Shown: positions 24,268-27,014 of the stretch, piece after piece
Layout: the number at the start of each line of letters is the position of its first letter
Position numbering within the stretch: the first letter of the stretch is position 1
Source of the DNA: Clostridiales bacterium
GTDB lineage: Bacteria > Bacillota > Clostridia > Peptostreptococcales > Anaerovoracaceae
Assembly (NCBI GenBank): GCA_009785435.1
Contig: WQWG01000001.1
Location: 1-27,014 of the forward strand
Length of the DNA: 27,014 nucleotides
Direction of reading: 5' to 3'
Made by a program: the position numbers and the translations under genes
Notes under the pieces: generated by a model
What the model was told of the DNA's origin: nothing
Database searches by the model: none
Seen by the model: only the letters and a program-made list of their open reading frames with translations

Positions 24268-25356
24268 TCATTGCTGTTCGCGATAGATGGCTTCCATTTG
24301 GCGCATCACAACCGCAAGATCAAACTTCTGCATGAGCGTTTGGTTATATGTGCCCATATCACGCTTGTTAATCATTTCCTCAATCGCGCGACTATATTCG
24401 CCAACGTCATTGACATTGCACAGGAATCCACCTTTGCCATGCTCAATTAAATCCACATTGCCGCGAATGTTCGACGCGACACACGGCAACCCTGCCGCCA
24501 TTGCTTCCATTAACGCGACGGGCAATCCCTCTTGGCGTGACGGAAATACAAAAACATCTGACATGTGAAGCAAATCAACCACGTCCGTTCTGTGTCCTAA
24601 AAAAAGAACGCGGTGTTCCATTCCCAAGGCTTTGCACAGGCTTTGTAAGGATTCGTGAAGCTCCCCTTGACCACAGATGATATAGTAGACATTATCGTTT
24701 TTGATTTTGCTGACCGCTTTGATTGCGGTTTGGTGGTTTTTCCTTTTGGTTAACTCACCGACGGATATGAGTACGGTCGCATCCGGCGGTATGCCCAATT
24801 CCTTGCGTTTGCTTTCCCGATCAACAGCCGGGTTTTCGAATTTGGCTGTGTCAACACCGATTCCGGGGATGTAGTATGTTTTTTTGGCTTTCATCTTTTG
24901 ACTTGCCAAGTGATAATCTTCTTGATTGATCGTGATCAATGCATCGGTGTATCGAGAAAGCCATTTCTCCATCGGATAATAGAGCAGCCAATTCAAAAGC
25001 GGCGCACCCTTGCAAAAATGAAATCCATGTGCGGTATACAGAACACGCGTACCGGCTTTTTTATGAGGCTTGCCGCACAATCGCGTCAGTACTCCGCCCA
25101 TTGGTGTGTGTCCGTGAATGATGTCGTATTTTTCATTTTTCAAAATCTTCTTTAACTGAAAATACGCCTTGATGTTGCTGAATCGAAACGGAGAGCGTTG
25201 GATGGCTAGATCATGTTTTTTGTCGCAATAGGGAATTGCATCGTCACCATACGTCGCGACATGGACTTCCCACCCTTGTTCTTTAAACCACTTCAAATAC
25301 GGTATGTGGAATGATGTGATATGCATGGTAACCGTTGCGATGAATAAAACTTTCAT
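24268..25356 (-). CDS. GT4-family glycosyltransferase, EpsD-like (362 aa)
   Basis: KVLFIATV..H...FHIPY, HGHTPMGG, YTAHGFHF, SVGEL..RKNH and SRQEGLPVALMEAM. Confidence 0.92.
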   Translation of the reverse strand: MKVLFIATVTMHITSFHIPYLKWFKEQGWEVHVATYGDDAIPYCDKKHDLAIQRSPFRFSNIKAYFQLKKILKNEKYDIIHGHTPMGGVLTRLCGKPHKKAGTRVLYTAHGFHFCKGAPLLNWLLYYPMEKWLSRYTDALITINQEDYHLASQKMKAKKTYYIPGIGVDTAKFENPAVDRESKRKELGIPPDATVLISVGELTKRKNHQTAIKAVSKIKNDNVYYIICGQGELHESLQSLCKALGMEHRVLFLGHRTDVVDLLHMSDVFVFPSRQEGLPVALMEAMAAGLPCVASNIRGNVDLIEHGKGGFLCNVNDVGEYSRAIEEMINKRDMGTYNQTLMQKFDLAVVMRQMEAIYREQQ

Positions 25357-25372
25357 ACGTTCTCCACATGTG

Positions 25373-26836
25373 TCAAATATTTCTTTTCGCTAACTCGATC
25401 GCTTTCAGGAGCTGCAGGTCTTCTTCCGAGTCATTGTTGATATAGGATAAGGTGACTTGCTCGATTTTGTTTTGTGTCGTAAAGTCCAAAATGCCGCCCG
25501 GCCACAGGCCATGATCGCTTTGGAACGCTGCGATTGCGCTTACCGTCGCTTCATCCATCACCGCCGTAAGGCTTGGGCTATACCCAATCAATGTCAACCG
25601 CTGTTGCGCCGCGAACACGTTAAGCCCCGCATCTCCAAAAGCAGGCCTTGTCTCTTCCATAAATGGTGCAAACGTTTCATATGCTTTCGCGGCTTCTTCC
25701 CTACGCTCGCCCAAGCGGTTTCTCACGTCATGGTCAGGTGTGATGCCGATGCTTTCGATGGCTTCTCCGTTTGGCCTCAAAAATCGGTATACAGAAATCG
25801 TGAAGCGGTTTCCGTTGCCGGTTTCTCTTCTGACTTGCATGGTACCTTTTCCGTAGGTTTTGGTTCCAACAAGCGTTGCAGCGTTGTTGTCCTGTAAGGC
25901 TGCCGCGAAGATTTCCGCCGAGCTTCCGGTGTTTTCATTGATCAGCAGTATGACCGGAACGTTTTCTCTTTCCCGCTCCGTTGCCTGCACGGTTTGCGTC
26001 ATTTCGCCCTGATGCTTCAAGTGAAGAAGATCTCCCTCTTCAACGAGTCTGTTGGCAATCTGCAGCGCCGGATTGATCAGGCCGCCGGGGTTGTCCCTGA
26101 CATCAATGATCAAAGATTTCGCACCCGCTTGAATCAGTTCCTGCTTTGCTCTGCTAAATTCACCAAGCTTGCCGTAGTCAAAGTTTAAGAGTTTAATATA
26201 TCCAATGCCGTCTTCAATCATTTCATAAAACGAGCTTGTAATGACCACTCGTCCCCGTTCGATAACGAAAGTATGCTCACCTTGCTGCCCTCTGTCGACT
26301 GTCACGCTGACCGTAGTCCCTTCTTCTCCTCGGAGCAAGAGGCTGATTTGCACCGAAAGCAGTGATGTAACATCTTGTCCGTCAACCGCTATAATCCAGT
26401 CGCCCGGCGCTATCCCGGCTCTTTCCGCGGGACTTCCCTCTAAGACTTCCAGCACCGTGGTTTTCCCTGCAAGCATACCGGATGAAATGGTCTCAATCTG
26501 TACACCGATGCCCACATAGTCGCCTGTGACCCTCTGCGGTGTTGCCTGCCTTGCTGCATCTCCATGAAATACGCTGTGCGGATCTCCCAAGGCGTCGATT
26601 GCGCCTCTGAAAGCGCCGTCCATCAGCGTTTCAAAGTCGACTTCGTCTTTGTGGTTTTCATGAATGTATTTCAGAAATCGTTCAAGTTCTCTGAGCTGTT
26701 CACTGAGGGTTCGCTGTGATTGCGCCGATAGTGCATCGTCATTTGACGATGCATATGAAAATGTTGGCTGGGAAAGCAAAATTGAGGTGATTAATAGTGC
26801 GGCAATAACACTGATTGTTAACGATTTTTTTCTCAT
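25373..26836 (-). CDS. ctpA: S41 carboxy-terminal processing protease with a signal peptide, PDZ domain and C-terminal peptidoglycan-binding domain (about 487 aa)
   Basis: LGDPHS, GIGVQI, GSPAERAGI, IDVRDNPGG, TGSSAE (Ser) and TYGKG (Lys). The tail AAQQRL..IGY...TVSAIAAFQ fits a peptidoglycan-binding domain. ATG at 26836 behind GGGAG. Confidence 0.92.
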   Translation of the reverse strand: MRKKSLTISVIAALLITSILLSQPTFSYASSNDDALSAQSQRTLSEQLRELERFLKYIHENHKDEVDFETLMDGAFRGAIDALGDPHSVFHGDAARQATPQRVTGDYVGIGVQIETISSGMLAGKTTVLEVLEGSPAERAGIAPGDWIIAVDGQDVTSLLSVQISLLLRGEEGTTVSVTVDRGQQGEHTFVIERGRVVITSSFYEMIEDGIGYIKLLNFDYGKLGEFSRAKQELIQAGAKSLIIDVRDNPGGLINPALQIANRLVEEGDLLHLKHQGEMTQTVQATERERENVPVILLINENTGSSAEIFAAALQDNNAATLVGTKTYGKGTMQVRRETGNGNRFTISVYRFLRPNGEAIESIGITPDHDVRNRLGERREEAAKAYETFAPFMEETRPAFGDAGLNVFAAQQRLTLIGYSPSLTAVMDEATVSAIAAFQSDHGLWPGGILDFTTQNKIEQVTLSYINNDSEEDLQLLKAIELAKRNI

Positions 26837-26884
26837 GTAAAACTCCCTTACCAACTATTTTAAGACGGGAAAGCAACCTGCCTA

Positions 26885-27013
26885 TTATCCGAAGTATAAG
26901 TTTGTGGTCACATACTCCGGATCGCTTGTCACGTCTATGCCCAGCGCCGTGAGCGTGTTTTCGTCTTTGTCAGAGAGTATTGCCGTACAGTGCGCCCTGC
27001 ATCCTTTTAGTTT
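26885..27013 (-). CDS. C-terminal end of a probable DUF1846 (UPF0371) family protein, partial and running off the window
   Basis: My translation is [42 protein letters not shown]-stop, which resembles DUF1846 C-termini as I recall them. It is too short to appear in the ORF track. Confidence 0.65.
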   Translation of the reverse strand, partial: KLKGCRAHCTAILSDKDENTLTALGIDVTSDPEYVTTNLYFG

Positions 27014-27014
27014 G

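Noticed and set aside
24248-24268. Small hairpin CGCTTT-ac-AAAGCG just after the GT4 stop
   Set aside because: The stem is weak and has no U-tract on the minus strand, so it is not supportable as a terminator.

Overview
This window holds a nearly self-contained surface-glycan locus, most likely from a Clostridia/Bacillota genome (inferred from the rmlA-C-B-D order, sigmaA-type promoters, strong SD sites, a DUF1846 gene and an S41 protease with a peptidoglycan-binding tail). Most genes lie on the minus strand. From right to left they are: the DUF1846 C-terminus, an S41 protease, a GT4, then from a clear promoter wzm-wzt, a GT2, rmlACBD, a GT4, a double-domain GT2, a methyltransferase, a WbsX-like GT and a GT2/GT4 fusion. 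A plus-strand gmd-manC pair with its own promoter interrupts the cluster. A second minus-strand block follows: a coiled-coil/Maf(DUF115)-like/pyruvyltransferase fusion, two methyltransferases, a short NeuB, a NeuA-HAD phosphatase fusion, a threonine aldolase and a Fic protein. The left edge has hairpins resembling an IS200/IS605 left end. The most interesting part is a probable phosphorylated, Kdn-type nonulosonic acid pathway with no neuC. It sits with a candidate nonulosonate transferase fused to a pyruvyltransferase, whose coiled coil is built from 21-bp in-frame repeats. Also notable are an orphan gmd next to a full dTDP-L-rhamnose pathway and a 22-aa N-terminal motif shared by two unrelated glycosyltransferases. 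No database searches were run. Family assignments come from recognised motifs and start codons were refined from SD sites. No tRNA, rRNA or CRISPR array was seen.
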